Positions 15,084 to 27,674 are shown, numbered from the stretch's first letter. The stretch is 64,000 bases of DNA from Scenedesmus sp. PABB004 (GCA_014905635.1 JABVCE010000034.1:1-64000); one strand, 5' to 3'. The notes: generated by a model not told the origin, from the sequence alone. Numbers and translations: made by a program.

Positions 15084-17887
15084 ATGCTGGCCGCGCGGTG
15101 GGCGTGGCGAGTGACGCCCGCGCCAACGCGCGCCAACCCGCTCGCAGGCCGGGCGGCCCCGAGCGCGCGCCGCGCCGTGCGCGTGCGCGCCGCTGCCGCC
15201 GCCGCGGCGCCGCCGACCAAGCGCACGGGCATGGCGGTGCAGAAGAAGGGCGAGCCGTTTGCGCTGTGGGAGTACGAGGCGGGGCCCCTGGCGCCGATGG
15301 ACATCGACATCGAGGCGCGGCGCCGGCGCGCTCGGCGCGCAGCGTGCCCGGCGCGACCACGGCCCGCGCGCGCCCGGCGCGCACGGCGCACAGCGCGCCG
15401 AGCGCTCGCGCCGCCGCGCAGGTCACGCACAACGGGCTGTGCCACAGCGACCTGCACATGAAGGTGCGGCAGGGGGCCCGCTGGGTGGGTGGGGGGGGCT
15501 GCGCGCGCGTCGCCCCCGGCGCCCCGGCGCCGGCTGACGCGCGGCACGCGCCGCGGCGCGGCACGCAGGAGGACGACTGGGGGCTCACGGCTTACCCTCT
15601 CATCCCTGGTGCGCGCGTGCGCGCGCACGCGCGCACGCGCGGCCCGGCTGCGCGCCCCGCGGCGGCGGCCGACGGCGCGCGGCCGACAGCGCGCGCCTGA
15701 ACCCCGCGCGCCTCGGCGGGGCAGGGCACGAGGTCGTCGGCGTCGTGCGGTCGGTCGGCTCCGACGTCACCGGCATCGCGCTGGGGCAGCGCGTGGGCGT
15801 GGGCTGGATCCGCAGCTCCTGCAGGCGCGCCCGCGCCGCACTCGCACGCGCACGCGCGCCGCCCCGGCCCGCTGCCGACCCGGGGCAGCGCGGCGCGCGC
15901 CGCGACGCGCGCGCCGCGACGCGCGCGCCGCGCCGCCGGCCGCCCGTCACGCGCGCGCGCGGGGGCCGCAGGCGCTGCCGCAACTGCCTGCGTGGCGAGG
16001 AGAATCTCTGCATCAGGGGATACACCGGACTCATCGTGGGCCGTGAGTCCCCGCACGCGCGCCGCGCCCACCGCGCGCGCGCCCGCCGCGCCAGCGCCGC
16101 GGCGGTGCCCCGCCCGCCGCGCCCGTGCCCGACGCGCCGCGACGCCCGCGCACACCGCGCGGCGGGCCCCGGCGCCCGCCCGCGCGCCACGCGCGACGCC
16201 CGACGCCCACGCCTGCACGCCGCAGCGGGCAACTTTGGCGGCTTTCAGCGCTTCATGCGCGCCCCCGCTGACTTTGCCTACGCCCTGCCTGACGGCCTCG
16301 ACAGCGCCGCGGCGGCGCCCCTGCTCTGCGCGGGTGCGTGTGTGGGTGTGCGCGCGCGCGCGCGGTGCCCGGGCGGGGGCACCCCGCGCGTGCGCCGCGC
16401 CGTCCCCGCGCGCGCTGCGCGGCCGGCGCCCGCGCCCGCCCCACGCCCCCCACGCCGCGCGCGCCGCCAGGCGTGACCGTGTACTCGCCGCTGCGCAAGC
16501 ACATCCGCGCGCCGGGCGCGGCCGTCGCGGTGCTCGGCGTCGGCGGCCTCGGGCACCTGGCGGTGCAGTTTGCGCACCACATGGGCGCCGTGGTGCGCCG
16601 CGAGCGCCGCCGCCGCGGGCGCGGCCGGCCGCCAGCGCTGCGGGCGGGCTCCGAGCCCCTCCACCCCCGCCCCCCCCCCCACACACACACACACCACCAC
16701 CACGCCAGGTGACCGCGGTTGACATCGACCCCAGCAAGGAGTCCGAGGCGCGCAAGCTCGGCGCCGACCAGTGAGCGCGCGCGCGCGCCCGCGCTGCGGC
16801 GCCGCGCCGCCCTTTCCCGCGCGCGCGCGCGCGCCGAGCGCTCGCGCGCCCCCCGCGGCGCGTCGACTCGAACTCACACACACATTCGCACTGTGCACGC
16901 GGGGGGCGCCGCAGCTTTGTTGAGTTTGGGTCGGCCTACACCGAGTGCAAGGGCCGCTTCGACGTCATCATCAACTGGTGAGCACCACCCCATCCCCCCG
17001 CGCACGGCCACGCCAGCGCGGCGGCGCGGCGCGGCCCGCGGGGCGCGGGGGCGCCCCGCGGCGCCGCCGCGGCCCCAACCGGGGCCCGCCGCCGACGGCT
17101 CGCCCGCCGCCGACGGCCCGCCGCGCCGCCGACGCCGCCCCGCGCCGCTGAACCGCCACCAGCGTGTCTGCGAGCATCAACTTTCCGGGCGTCATCGGCA
17201 TGCTCGCCCCCGACGGCGTCGCCGTGCAGGCGCGCGGCAGCGGGCTGCGGCCCTCTTTGCGGCGCGCGGGGGCCGCCGCCGTGCCGCGCGCGCGCGCGCG
17301 CGCGTGCCGCCGCCGAATTCGAACCGCGCGCCGCGCCGCCGCGCCCGCGCGCCGCCGCGCCCGCGCGCGCAGTGCGGCATCCCGGGCGGCGGCGCGGTGA
17401 TCAACCTGGACCTGCAGGACGTCGTGTTCGGCCAGAAGGCGCTCGCCGGCAGCATCGTGGGCGGCCGCGCGGACATGCAGGAGATGCTCAGGTGCGCGCG
17501 CTGCGCGCGCTGCGCACCCGCTGCGCGCGCTGCGCACGCTGGGGCAAGCCTGCCTTCAAACTGGCCGCCGCGCCCGCCTCACCCCGCCCCCGCCGTGCCC
17601 GCGCCGCGCTGTCGTGGCGCAGCCTGTGCGCGGCCAAGGGCATCGCGCCCATGGTGCAGGTCATGAAGCTCAGCCAGGCGCGGAGAGGGGAGGGGCAGGC
17701 ACCAGCAGGGCCGCGCCCCCGCCGACGCCGCGCGCGAGCGCCTGCGCCTGCGCGTGCCGCTGACCGCTGACCGCCGACCGCCGCCCACCGCGCCGCGCCG
17801 CGCCGCGCCGCGCAGCTGAACGAGGCGCTTGCGGCGCTCAAGGCGGGCAAGCCGCGGTACCGCATCGTCATGGAGACCGACATCTGA
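15084..17887 (+). CDS. Zinc-dependent medium-chain alcohol dehydrogenase (CAD/AdhP-like) with an organellar transit-peptide-like N-terminus, about 13 exons
   Basis: GLCHSDLH, GHEVVG, structural-zinc C-x2-C-x2-C-x7-C, PLLCAGVTVY, GVGGLGH, VDID and RYRIVM. Arg/Ala-rich N-terminus; TGA at 17885-17887. Confidence 0.93.
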
Positions 17888-17917
17888 TCTGATCAGGCGT
17901 CACGCCTGATCTGATCA
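17885..17917. repeat. Near-perfect palindrome starting at the ADH stop codon
   Basis: TGATCTGATCAGGCGT-C-ACGCCTGATCTGATCA: 16-nt arms with one mismatch. Confidence 0.85.
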
Positions 17918-20452
17918 TGGTGACGTAATCGGGCGTCGCGGCACGGCCGCGGGGGCGTCGTGGGCAGGGGGGCAGGGCGGCGGGGCTGACGCGGGGGGGG
18001 GGGGGGGGGGGCGGCGGGCGGCGCTCGCTCAGCACGGCGGGGCTGACGCGGGGGCGTTGCGGGCGGCGGCGAGGGAGGGCAGCGGGGCTGACGCGAGGGC
18101 GGCGGTTAACAGCGTTACTCCTTACTCCTTACTCCGTGTCCTCGTGGCGCGCGCAGAGGGAGTACGCCAGGCGGGGTGATGATGATGAAATGCTGCTGCC
18201 ACGCGTGCGTCCTCAGTGTGTGCGTTGCCGGTGCGCGCGCGCCGCGTCGGCGGCGACGACGACGACCACCACCACCACCCTGCATCAGGCGACGAGCCGA
18301 AAAACACTTCCAGCAGCAGCAGCAGCAGCAAACGCCCCTCGACTGCACACAGCTGCACACGCCGGCAGCGGCGGCGGCGGCGCACACGCGCGCGCCCCCG
18401 GCCCCCGCGCCAGCAACACGCGCCGTGCCGCGCGCGGCCGAGCGGCGGCTGCGGCCCCGGGCGGACCTCTACGAACAGCAACAAGCAAAGCACCTCCCAA
18501 AAGCCACAGCTTGACAGCGCGGGGCGCGGGGCGCGCCCATCCACATGCTCAACTCCTCCTCACGTCCGCTTCACGTCCGCCGGAGCCTGTGCATCGACGA
18601 ATGATGATCGCCCACGGTCGTCATCGCGGGTGGTGCATTGCGCCGCCGCGGTCAGTGTGCGGCGGCCCAAGTCGTGCAGTCGCGAGCTTGGCGCGCGGCG
18701 CCACCCAGGGTTCAGGTGCGTGCCCCGGGCTGGCAGCGGCCCCGGGCGCCGACGCCGCGCGGGCCTGTCCCGTGCTCGTGGAGCGCATTTCGCGCCCTCC
18801 CCGCGCGCGCGCGGCGTCCCGCGGCGGCGCGCGCTCAGCCACAGCCACGGCCCACGCCGGCGACAGAGGCAGGCCAGAGCAGTGCCGCGCTCGGCGCGAG
18901 TCGCGCCCTCTGTAAACACACGCACACACACGAGCGCAGCACAAGCGTGCGCGCGGCCAGTGCACACACGCTCCCCCCCCCCGGCGCCGCGGCTGCAGCG
19001 GCGCCAACTCCGACTCCCGGGCTGGTGGTGAGGCCGGCTCAATTGGGAGCCGGCGGTGCGTCCGGCGGCGGCGCCCAGGCCGCACGCACGCGCACGGCAG
19101 GTGTTCGTCTGTCTGCGGCGGGGCAGTCAGCCGCCCGGCGCCCCTGGCGGGCGCAGGCGCGGCGCCGCGCGCGGTCAATGCCCTCCCTCCCTCACGCCGC
19201 CGTCCCGGCGGCGCCACGTGGGAGCTACGGGCCCTAGCTGCAATTGAGCTGTCCAGTGGGCGACCTCCCCGAGCCCTCTGAAGACCCCATCGCCGGCGGC
19301 GGCGGGCCGCAGCCCAAAGGCGGGCAACGGCGCGCGCCGCGCGGCTGGCGCCCACGCGGTGGTGGCGGATGCAGACCCCACAGCTGGCTGGCTCGACCCG
19401 ATGGCGCTTTCGTCGTCGTCGTCGCGGCCCAAATCCAGGGCAGCGCAGCAGCGGCAGGCATGTTCGGCTAGGCCGCTGTCAGCTCACGGACTAGACGAGA
19501 CAGGCAAATAAACCACACGAGGCGCGCGGCGCGCCGCCGCGCCGCGCGTCGCCGGCGGGCCGCCCGCCGCGCGCGCCTCGCGTGGCAACGAAATGACCGG
19601 CCACGAATGCGCTCCCTCCCCCGCGCCCTACCCCCTCCCGTCATGTCGCTCTCTTCCCCATCGCCCTGGCCACATCGCGCGGGCGCGTGCGTGCGCGCAC
19701 GCGCAGCGCCGCCGCTTTTGCTCAGGGGCGGCCAGCCCCGAGATTGGTAGCGCGACCCCGAAGCGGCACACACCCAACACACACAGAGATGAGCGCCGCC
19801 GCCGCCGGCCGCCGCTGCGCTGCGCAGCGGCGCCGGGCGGCGGGCGGGCGCGCGCAGCGCGCGGCACCAGCTGCAGGCCGGCTGCAGCGCCGCGCGCGTG
19901 CGTCGCGTGGCAGACAAGCGATCCTCTCCCCCTGGCGTCGCGCGGCGCCGCCGTGTCGTGAAGAAAGGCCGACACACAGCTCCCCGTCTTGGCCCCCCGG
20001 CGCATCCCCCAGGTGCGGCACACGCGTGCGTGCCGGGCATGCGCTCTGGTGTGGCCGGGCGGTGCGCGCGTGCGCGCGCCACGCGGGCGGCGCGGCGGCG
20101 GCGGGCGGCCCTGCATGAGGGCCGTGGCGGCGGGAGCGCTCGCTCCCGAGTGCGCCCCCGCGGCGCGGGCGGGCAGCGCTTGCAGCTGCCCCGCGCGGCC
20201 GGCGCGCGCGCAATAGCGCGGCGCCGGGCCGCTCCCGCGCCGCGCGCCTCCGCCCCCGCCGCGCGCGCGGCGCGCAGCGCGCAGCCGCCCGCATCTAGCG
20301 GCGCAGCGCCGGCGCGGCGCAGGCCGGGCTCGCCGGGCCCCCGCGCCCGCCGGCGCGCGCGCGGTGCACACAGACTGCGCGCCCCTCCAGATGCAGTGCT
20401 TTGAAAGAGATGTGGCCCCCCGCGCGCGCCTGTGGCCGCCGGCCGGCGCGGC

Positions 20453-20995
20453 TCACAGCACGCGCAGCAGCTGGAAGGCCGGCGGCGGCAGGTCGCCGTG
20501 CGGCGCCAGGCCGCCCTCCAGCGCCGCGCCGTGACCGGGCGGCGGCGCGCGCAGCGCGTCAAACGGGCCGCGCGGCAGCGCCGCGGGCGTGGACGCGCCC
20601 GAGCCGGAGCGCGCGCCCTCGCGCATGCTGATCTGGGCGTCGAGCCAGCTCCTAACGTCTGCCGCCGTGTCGGTGCCGGGCGCGTCCAGCAGGCGCCGCG
20701 CGGTGGGGCAGCCGCCGGCCAGCGCGGGCGGGGTGGGCAGCGCGAGCACGCGCGCACGCGCGCGCGCGAGCGCCGGCGCCGGCGTGCCCGGCGGCGCGGC
20801 GCCGCCGTCCGCCGCCGGCAGCGCGACGCGGAGCGCGCGGAACGCCGCCGGCGCCGCGGCCGGCCAGCCGCCGCCGCCGGGCGCCTGAGCGGGGGCGGGG
20901 GGCTCGTCCGGGAGGAGCAGGAGGTCCTGGTAGCAGCAGAGCTCGCTCAGCTCGCTGTCCGCAAGGCTGAGGACGCTCCCGCGCCTCTTGTCCAT
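20453..20995 (-). CDS. Hypothetical protein
   Basis: The ORF MDKRRGSVLSLADSELSELCCYQDLLLL... has coding-like composition but no recognisable family. Confidence 0.35.
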   Translation of the reverse strand: MDKRRGSVLSLADSELSELCCYQDLLLLPDEPPAPAQAPGGGGWPAAAPAAFRALRVALPAADGGAAPPGTPAPALARARARVLALPTPPALAGGCPTARRLLDAPGTDTAADVRSWLDAQISMREGARSGSGASTPAALPRGPFDALRAPPPGHGAALEGGLAPHGDLPPPAFQLLRVL

Positions 20996-21908
20996 GGAGG
21001 GCCAAGGGTGAGCACGTTTTTGTGCGTCCTGCAAACGGGCGGCGCGCACCGGCGGTGAGCTGCGCGCGGCGGGCCCCGCCATCGCCGCCCGCCCATCACG
21101 CCCGCCCATCCCGCCCACCGCGCCGCGCGGGCTGGGCAGGCTGCGGCGCCGGCCCCGGCACTAGAAAGGGTTGGCGCCACACGGAGCGCCGCGGCGGGCC
21201 CCGGCGGGCCCCAAGCTGCGCAGGGGCCGAGGGCCCCCCACCTGTGATTGGTCGCCTAATCTCGCGCCGCAGGGGCCTTTGCAGGTCTGAGCGCGTGCTC
21301 CCTGAACCTGCGGCGTCACCGGCGTCAGCCAGGCACCGCCGCGGGGGCGCGATCGCGCGCGTGCGCGCCGGGCGCACGCGCGGCAGCGCTCACCTGCGGC
21401 CGCGGGGTCGCCCGCAGCGCCCTACTCCGGCTGCGCGCGGTCCTTGGCCCTCGTTGTCGATCGCGGGTGTGCCCGGCCGCGCGCGACGGCGGACAGCGCG
21501 TGCCGGGTCGGGAAGCGCAGCCGGCGCGGTTTGGCGGGAAAACACGGCAGCGAGCTCCACGCCGCGCCGCACGGTCCGCCGCCGGCTGGAACGGCGCTCA
21601 CAGATGCCGGAGCACGCTTGGCGACGCAATGCGGGCAAACGCGGGCCAGTGTCCTTTTCAAACGGCGGCGCGCTGCCTCCCAACCCTCCCACACGTGCGG
21701 TCGACAATGTGGCGAGACGGGCGCGCCTCTGCCCCAGCCGCTGCTCGCGCTGGGGAGCCAGCCGCCGGGCGCCGCCGGCGTCGCTGACGCCGAGCGCATT
21801 ACCCAGGTCCCGCCCCCCGGCCCCCCAGCCCCCCCGCCGGCGCGTCGAGAGAGAGTCCGTCCTCCTGCCGCCGCCGCCGCTGCTGCTGCCCCCCGCGCGC
21901 GCCGCCGC

Positions 21909-24233
21909 TCACTCGCTGCGCTCCAGCGTCTGCGCGGCGGCGCGGCGCGGGGGCGCGGGGGCGCGTGAGCGCGCGGCGGCCCGCGCGTCCGCTGGATGGG
22001 CGCCGCCGGCGCTGCGCGCAGCGGCCAGCGCGCCACGGGGCCGCCTGCGCGGCTCGCGCACCTTGCTGTCCATGGCGAGGCCCATGATGTTGAGCCCGTT
22101 GTCGACGTACATGGTGCTGCCCGTCACCGCGCTCGCGAGCGGCGAGACCAGGAACGCGGCGACGTTGCCGACCTCCTGCGCGGGGCGCGCGCGGGGGCGG
22201 CGCGGGGCTGTGGGCGGCGCCCAGCGCGGCAGCACGCCGCAGGCGCGCCGCGCCCCCTCGCTGCGTAATCAGTCGCCCGCCCGCGCGTGTATACGCACCG
22301 TCGCGGCGAGCTCCTTCTGCACCGGCGCGTTGGCGTAGCTGTAGCGGATCATGTCGTCGATGAAGCCGATCGCCTTGGCCGCGCGGCTGCCGAGCGGGCC
22401 CGCGCTGATGGTGTTGACGCGCACCTGCGGCCGCCGGCGGCGCGGCGCGGGCGCGGGCGCGGCGCGCGCGGCGGTCGGGCGCGCGCGCGCGCGCGCGCGG
22501 CGGCAGCGGCGGCGGGGGAGAAAAGGGGGGCGTGCCGCGGCGCGGGCGGGGCGTGCTGCGCACCTGGTACTTGCGGCCCGCCTCGTACGCCAGCACGCGC
22601 GTGTCGCTCTCGAGCGCCTGCCGCGGCGGCGGCGGCGGCGGCGGCGGCGGCGTCCCGTGAGCGCCCGCCCCCGGCCCCGCCGCCGCCGGCTGCACGCCGC
22701 ACGGTGCCCGCGCGGCCCGCGCCGCCGCCAGCGCCGCGCTGGCCCGCGTGCCGCGCCGCTGGCTCACCGCCTTGGCGCTGGACATGCCGCCGCCGTAGCC
22801 GGGGATGACGTCTTCGCTCGCGATGTAGGTGAGGCTGATCGCGGCGCCGCCGGGGTTCATGATGGGGCCGAAGCGCTGCATCATGCTCACGAACGAGTAC
22901 GACGACGCCGACAGCGCGGCGAGGTAGCCCTTGCGGCTCGTCTCGAGCAGCGGCTTCACGACCTCGGGGCCGTTGGCGAGGCTGTGCACCTGCGCGGCGC
23001 CGCGGCGGGAGCGGGCAGCGAGCGGGGCGGCGCGGGCGGCGTGGGTGGCAGCGCGTGGCGCCCGGCCGGCCGCGGCGCAGTGCCCCCGGCCGCCCCGGGG
23101 CCGCGCGGCCCCGGCGGCGCACCACGACGTCGATGTTGCCGATGTCGGCCTTCACGCGCGCCGCGACCTCGCTGACCGTGTACTGCCCCGCGCCCGCGTA
23201 GCGCTTGTTGGTGCGCACCTGGCGGCAGCGGCGCGGCGGGCGCGGCGGCGCGCGGGCGGGCGGGCGGGCGGGCCGCGTAGGTGGTCGGGACGCCGCCGCA
23301 GCGCGCCCGGGCCCGCCCGCGCCGCCGCGCTGCCGCGGCCGCCACCCTGCGCGCCGCCGCCGTCGCCGCCGCCGCCCCTGTACGCCGTGCGCCGCGCCCG
23401 TGCCCGCGCCCGCGCCCGCCGCGACCCGGCCGCCGCGCACCTCCTCTGGCACGTCCTCGGGCACGTCAAACACGGCGTCCATGGGGTAGATGTGCGTGAA
23501 GTCGAGCATGCCGCCGTTGGAGAGCTTGCGCGACTCGTCAAACTTGCCGCGGCGGAAGCTCGTCTCAAAGATGTTCAGCGCCGGCACCTGCGGCGAGGGA
23601 GAGCGCGGCGGCGGGCGCGGCGGCGGTTGCCAACTGCCCGGCGCGGCGCGCGGCGGTCGGCGAGCCCCCGCGCACGCAGGCTGCCGCCGGCGGCGAGCCG
23701 CGCCGGCCGAGCTGCGGGCGAGCCCGGGCCGGCCGAGCTGCGGGCGAGCCCGAGCCGGCGCGGCGTGGCCGCCACGCCGCGCGGCGCGGTGCGGCGCGCG
23801 AGCAGCGGCAGCGGCGCCGCGCGCACCCAGACGCCGAGCGAAATCTCGGCGCCCGCCTCCGCCAGGGCCTTGGCGATGGCCCAGCCGAAGCCCTGCGCGG
23901 GGGGCGGCCAATGGGGCGTGGGCGGGCGCCCGGCGCGGCGCGCGGCGCGGCGGGGGGCGGGCGCGCGCCTGATCGTCGGCAACGCCCGCGATGAAGGCCT
24001 TCTTGCCTGCGGCCCGATGGCGCGGGGATTAGGGCGCCCCGCCCGGCCGCCAACGCGGCGCACCGGAAGGCAATTGGCGCACCCGTGAGGTCGATGGGCA
24101 GGCCGGTGCCGTGCGCGGCAGCGGCCACGCCCCGCCGCGCCACCCGCGCGCCGCCGGGGCGCAGCCCGGGCGCCACGCGCGCCACGCGGGCCACGGGAAC
24201 GCCGCGCAGGGTCTGCTGGGCCGCGAGCGCCAT
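21909..24233 (-). CDS. FABI: Plastid enoyl-ACP reductase (NADH), 10 exons
   Basis: Transit peptide followed by [67 protein letters not shown] and YVDNG. Confidence 0.96.
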
Positions 24234-24464
24234 GCTTGCAGCTGCGGGAGACGCGGGGCGCGACGGCCGGGTGCTCGCGAGGTGGGGGCGGGCGAGCGGG
24301 CGTCGGAAAAGGTGTCGCGGGCGCGCGCGAGCCCGCGCTTGCACATAACGCCCGCTGCTGTCATGTTTCATGTTTGCCGTCCGCCCCCTGGGGCGCTTTC
24401 GGCGCCCTCTCAATCGCAACACACTCCCCGGCCTCTGCCGACACGCAGCCGCGCAGCAGCAGCG

Positions 24465-27400
24465 ATGCTGCTCGGCCGCGCCTGCCGGGGCGTGCGGCAG
24501 CACGCCCCCCGCGCGCCGCCGGCGCGCGGGCGCGGCCGCTCGACGGCCGCGCGCCCGCGCCATGTCGCCGCCAGCGCCGCCGGGCCCGCGGACGCCGCCG
24601 GCGAGCCGGGCGCCGGCGGCGAGCCGCCGCTCGTGCGCAGCAGCAGCCGCGGCGCCGGCGCGGCGCGGGCGGCCCGCGCGCGCGGCGCCGCGCCCCTAGT
24701 GACGCCCCACAAGGCGCTGCTGGAGATGGGCATCGTGGCGCGGGACGACAGCGGGTGCGCCGGGCACGCGGGCGGGCGGCGGCAGCGGCCGCCGCCCGTG
24801 TCCAGCGCCGCCGCGCCGCGCCCCCACGCCCGCCGCCGCGCCGCCGCCAGGGCGCCGTTCGTGGACGTGTCGTGCCTGGGGCGCGGCGCGCCGGCGTGGT
24901 ACGCGGTCGGGGTGCTCGAGGGCAAGGAGGAGCGCTTCCTGGAGCAGCTGGGCAAGGCCTGCGCGGCGCGGGGCTACGACTTTGACCCCGCCGCGCGCTA
25001 CGCGCCGCCGCCGCCGGGCGCGGGCGCGGGCGCGCCCGAGGCGGTCGCCGCGGACGCGCTGCTCGCGGCGCACGACGTCGTCGCGTGGCTGCCGCGCAAG
25101 ACGATGATGGTGCGGCGCGGCGCGGCGCGGCGCGGCGCGGCGCGGCGCGGCGGGCGTCGAGCAGCGCGCGCACGGTGACGCCGCTGACCCCCTCCCCCTC
25201 AAACCTTGGCGCGCCGACCGCAGGTGTACAGCCCCAACACTGACCGCCTCTCCGAGCGCTCCGTCGGCTACGCGCGCGGCAGCGGCGGCGCGTGGCTGCT
25301 GCTGCACGCGGCGCTCGACCCGCTGCTGGTGGACGTGGTGGGCGAGACGTACGCGTTCATGGCGTGGCGCCATGAGCAGGACGTGCCCGCGCGCCTGCTC
25401 GACCAGGCGGGGCTGCTGCCGCCGGGAGAGGACGTCAACGCGGTGCGCCCCGCGGCGCGCGGCGCGCGGCGGCGCGGCGCCCGGCCACGCGGCGCCCGGC
25501 CGCGCGCGCGCTGGCGGCGCCCCGACCGCGCCCGCGCCCGCGCCCGCGCCCACGCCCGCGCCCGCGCGCGTCAGGTGTACAAGCTGCCGGTGCCGTGCAC
25601 GCCGGAGGTGCTCGCCGCGCTGTCGGCGTGGCAGCACGCGGAGGAGGCGGAGGACGAGGAGGCAAAGCGCGTCGAGTACTACGGCCTTGGCGGCGGCACC
25701 ACGTTTGGCGAGGTGCGACGCGCCGCAGCAGCGCGCCAGCGGGCCAGCGGGCGCCAGCGGGCCGCGCGGGTCAGCGGGGGCTCTGCTAACCCAGCGGGCG
25801 GCTGCGCCGGCGCGGCGGCGGGGGCTCCGCCGCCCAGCGGGGCCTGACGGCGCCGGCGCGCTGCTGCGGCAGGTGGAGCGCTACGACAAGCGCAAGGGCA
25901 ACATGGAGCGGGACGAGGCCGGGAATCAGATCTACCGCCAGGGCTATGCGGGGAGCTACAACAACCCGGGCCGCTGGAGCGCCGGCGGCGACGCCGGCAG
26001 CGACGCCGGCGCCGGGCGCGGGCGCGGCTGGGGGCGCAGCCGCGACGGCGCCGGCCGCGGGCGCGGCCAGCAGCAGCGGTGGGAGCAGCGGGGGGAGGGC
26101 GAGGAGCGCTGGCAGCAGCAGGAGCGGTGGCAGGAGGAGCAGTGGCAGCCCGCGCCGGCCGGCGGCGGCTGGGCGGGCGCCGGCGCCGCCGCGGGCGCGC
26201 TCGGCAGCTGGGACGACGCCGGCGCCGACGAGGCCGGCGCGGGCGCGGGCGGCCGCGGCGACGGCGTGCGGCAGCAGCAGATGGAGTGGATGGCCGAGCG
26301 CGGCAGCGGCCGCTACAATGACGGCGACGGCGACCTGGAGGGCGCGGCGGGCGGCCGCGAGGCCAGCTTTGCGGGCGCCGGCGGCCGCGGCGGCTTTGGC
26401 GGCCGCGACGACGGCGTGCGGCAGCGCCAGATGGCGTGGATGGAGGAGCGCGGCAGCGGCCGCTACAGCGACGGCGACGGCGGCGACGGCGGCAGCGACG
26501 ACCCCATGGATGTCGACTGGACGCCGAGGAAGGCGCGCGGCGGCGCCAACAACGCGGCCGGCCGCCGCGCGGGGCAGCAGCCGCAGCAGCCGCAGCAGCC
26601 GCAGCAGCCGCAGCAGCGGCCGCGCGCGCCGCCGGGCGACGCGGCGCGCGGCGGGCGCGGCGTCGGCCAGGCGGCTTTTGGCGGCCGCGACGACGGCGTG
26701 CGGCAGCGCCAGATGGAGTGGATGGAGGAGCACGGCAGCGGGCGCTACAGCGACGGCGACCGCGACGCCCCAGGCGCGCCCGGCCCGGCCGCGCCCGGCG
26801 GCGGCAGCGCCGGCAGCGCCGGCGTTGGCGGCCGCGACGACGGCGTGCGGCAGCGCCAGATGGCGTGGATGGCCGAGCTCGGCAGCGGGCGCTACGGCGA
26901 CAGCGCTGACAGCCTGGGCAGCCTCGACTTCAGCCAGGGCGGCGGCTTCCCCGGCGGCGCCGGCGCCGGCGGCGACAAGGGCAGCCTGCTGTCGGACGTG
27001 GCCGCCGCGTTTGAGGGCCTGGACGCCTGGCCGCGCCTGGCCGGCCCCGGCAGCCCCGCTGGCAGCGGCGCGCGCAACAACGCGGGCGGCCCCGGCCGCG
27101 CGTCGTACATGGACGAGGGCGGCGCGGGCTGGGCCGACAGCGCGCCCGCGGGCGGCAGCGTCGACCTGGAGGGCCCCGCCGCCGCGGCGCAGCTGCGCGA
27201 CGCCTGGGCGGCCGACGGCGGCGGCGACGCGCTCGACGGCGTGCTGGGGCCGGGCGGGCTGGGCCTCAGCCTCGACATGGACGCGCCGCCGCCGCCGCCG
27301 CCGGGCGCCGCGGGGGCGGGCGGCGGCGAGGCCGCGCCGGCGGCGCCCAAGCCCAAGGCGCGCAGCGGCGCCCGGCGCAAGACGGGCAGCGCCGCGCCCG

Positions 27401-27636
27401 GCGGCGACGCGGCGGCGCCCAAGGCCGCCGCAGGGCGGCGCGCGCGCAAGGCCACCGGCGGCCGCGCCGCGGCCGGCGCCAAGGGCGCGGCCGGCGCCGA
27501 CGCCGACGGCGACGCGCCCGTCGTGCCCGGCTTCCCCGCCGCGGACGGGGACGAGGGCTACGAGCCGGGCTGGGAGAACGCGCTGCTGGACGACGGCAAC
27601 GACCGTGTTGGCCTGGACGACGTGCTCGGCCGGTGA
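24465..27636 (+). CDS. Organelle-targeted protein with a NusG/NGN-like domain and a long repeat-containing disordered C-terminus
   Basis: Transit-like N-terminus. WYAVGVLEGKEERF, AWLPRK, GAWLLLH and LPVPCTPEVL resemble the NGN pattern. The large last exon (about 25873-27636) carries four GGRDDGVRQRQMxWMxExGSGRY repeats. Confidence 0.55.
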
Positions 27637-27666
27637 CGCGTGCTCGGCCGGTGACGCGTGCTCGGC
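27621..27666. repeat. 18-nt tandem repeat (about 2.5 copies) spanning the stop codon
   Basis: CGTGCTCGGCCGGTGACG twice, plus a partial third copy. Confidence 0.9.
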
Positions 27667-27674
27667 GTCACTGG

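Noticed and set aside
17889..17909. CTGATCAGGC..GCCTG resembling the TPP riboswitch P4/P5 region
   Set aside because: There is no upstream CTGAGA junction, and the palindrome explains the pattern.
18175..18620. Box C-like RTGATGA motifs suggesting snoRNAs
   Set aside because: They are part of simple (GAT)n repeats, with no convincing box D or terminal stem.
23702..23752. 26-nt tandem duplication in an FABI intron
   Set aside because: It is real but looks like ordinary slippage in GC-rich intron sequence, with no further structure.
26250..26900. Repeat-spacer pattern suggestive of a CRISPR array
   Set aside because: The repeats are about 80 nt, degenerate and in-frame coding, the spacers are unequal, there are no cas genes and the context is eukaryotic.
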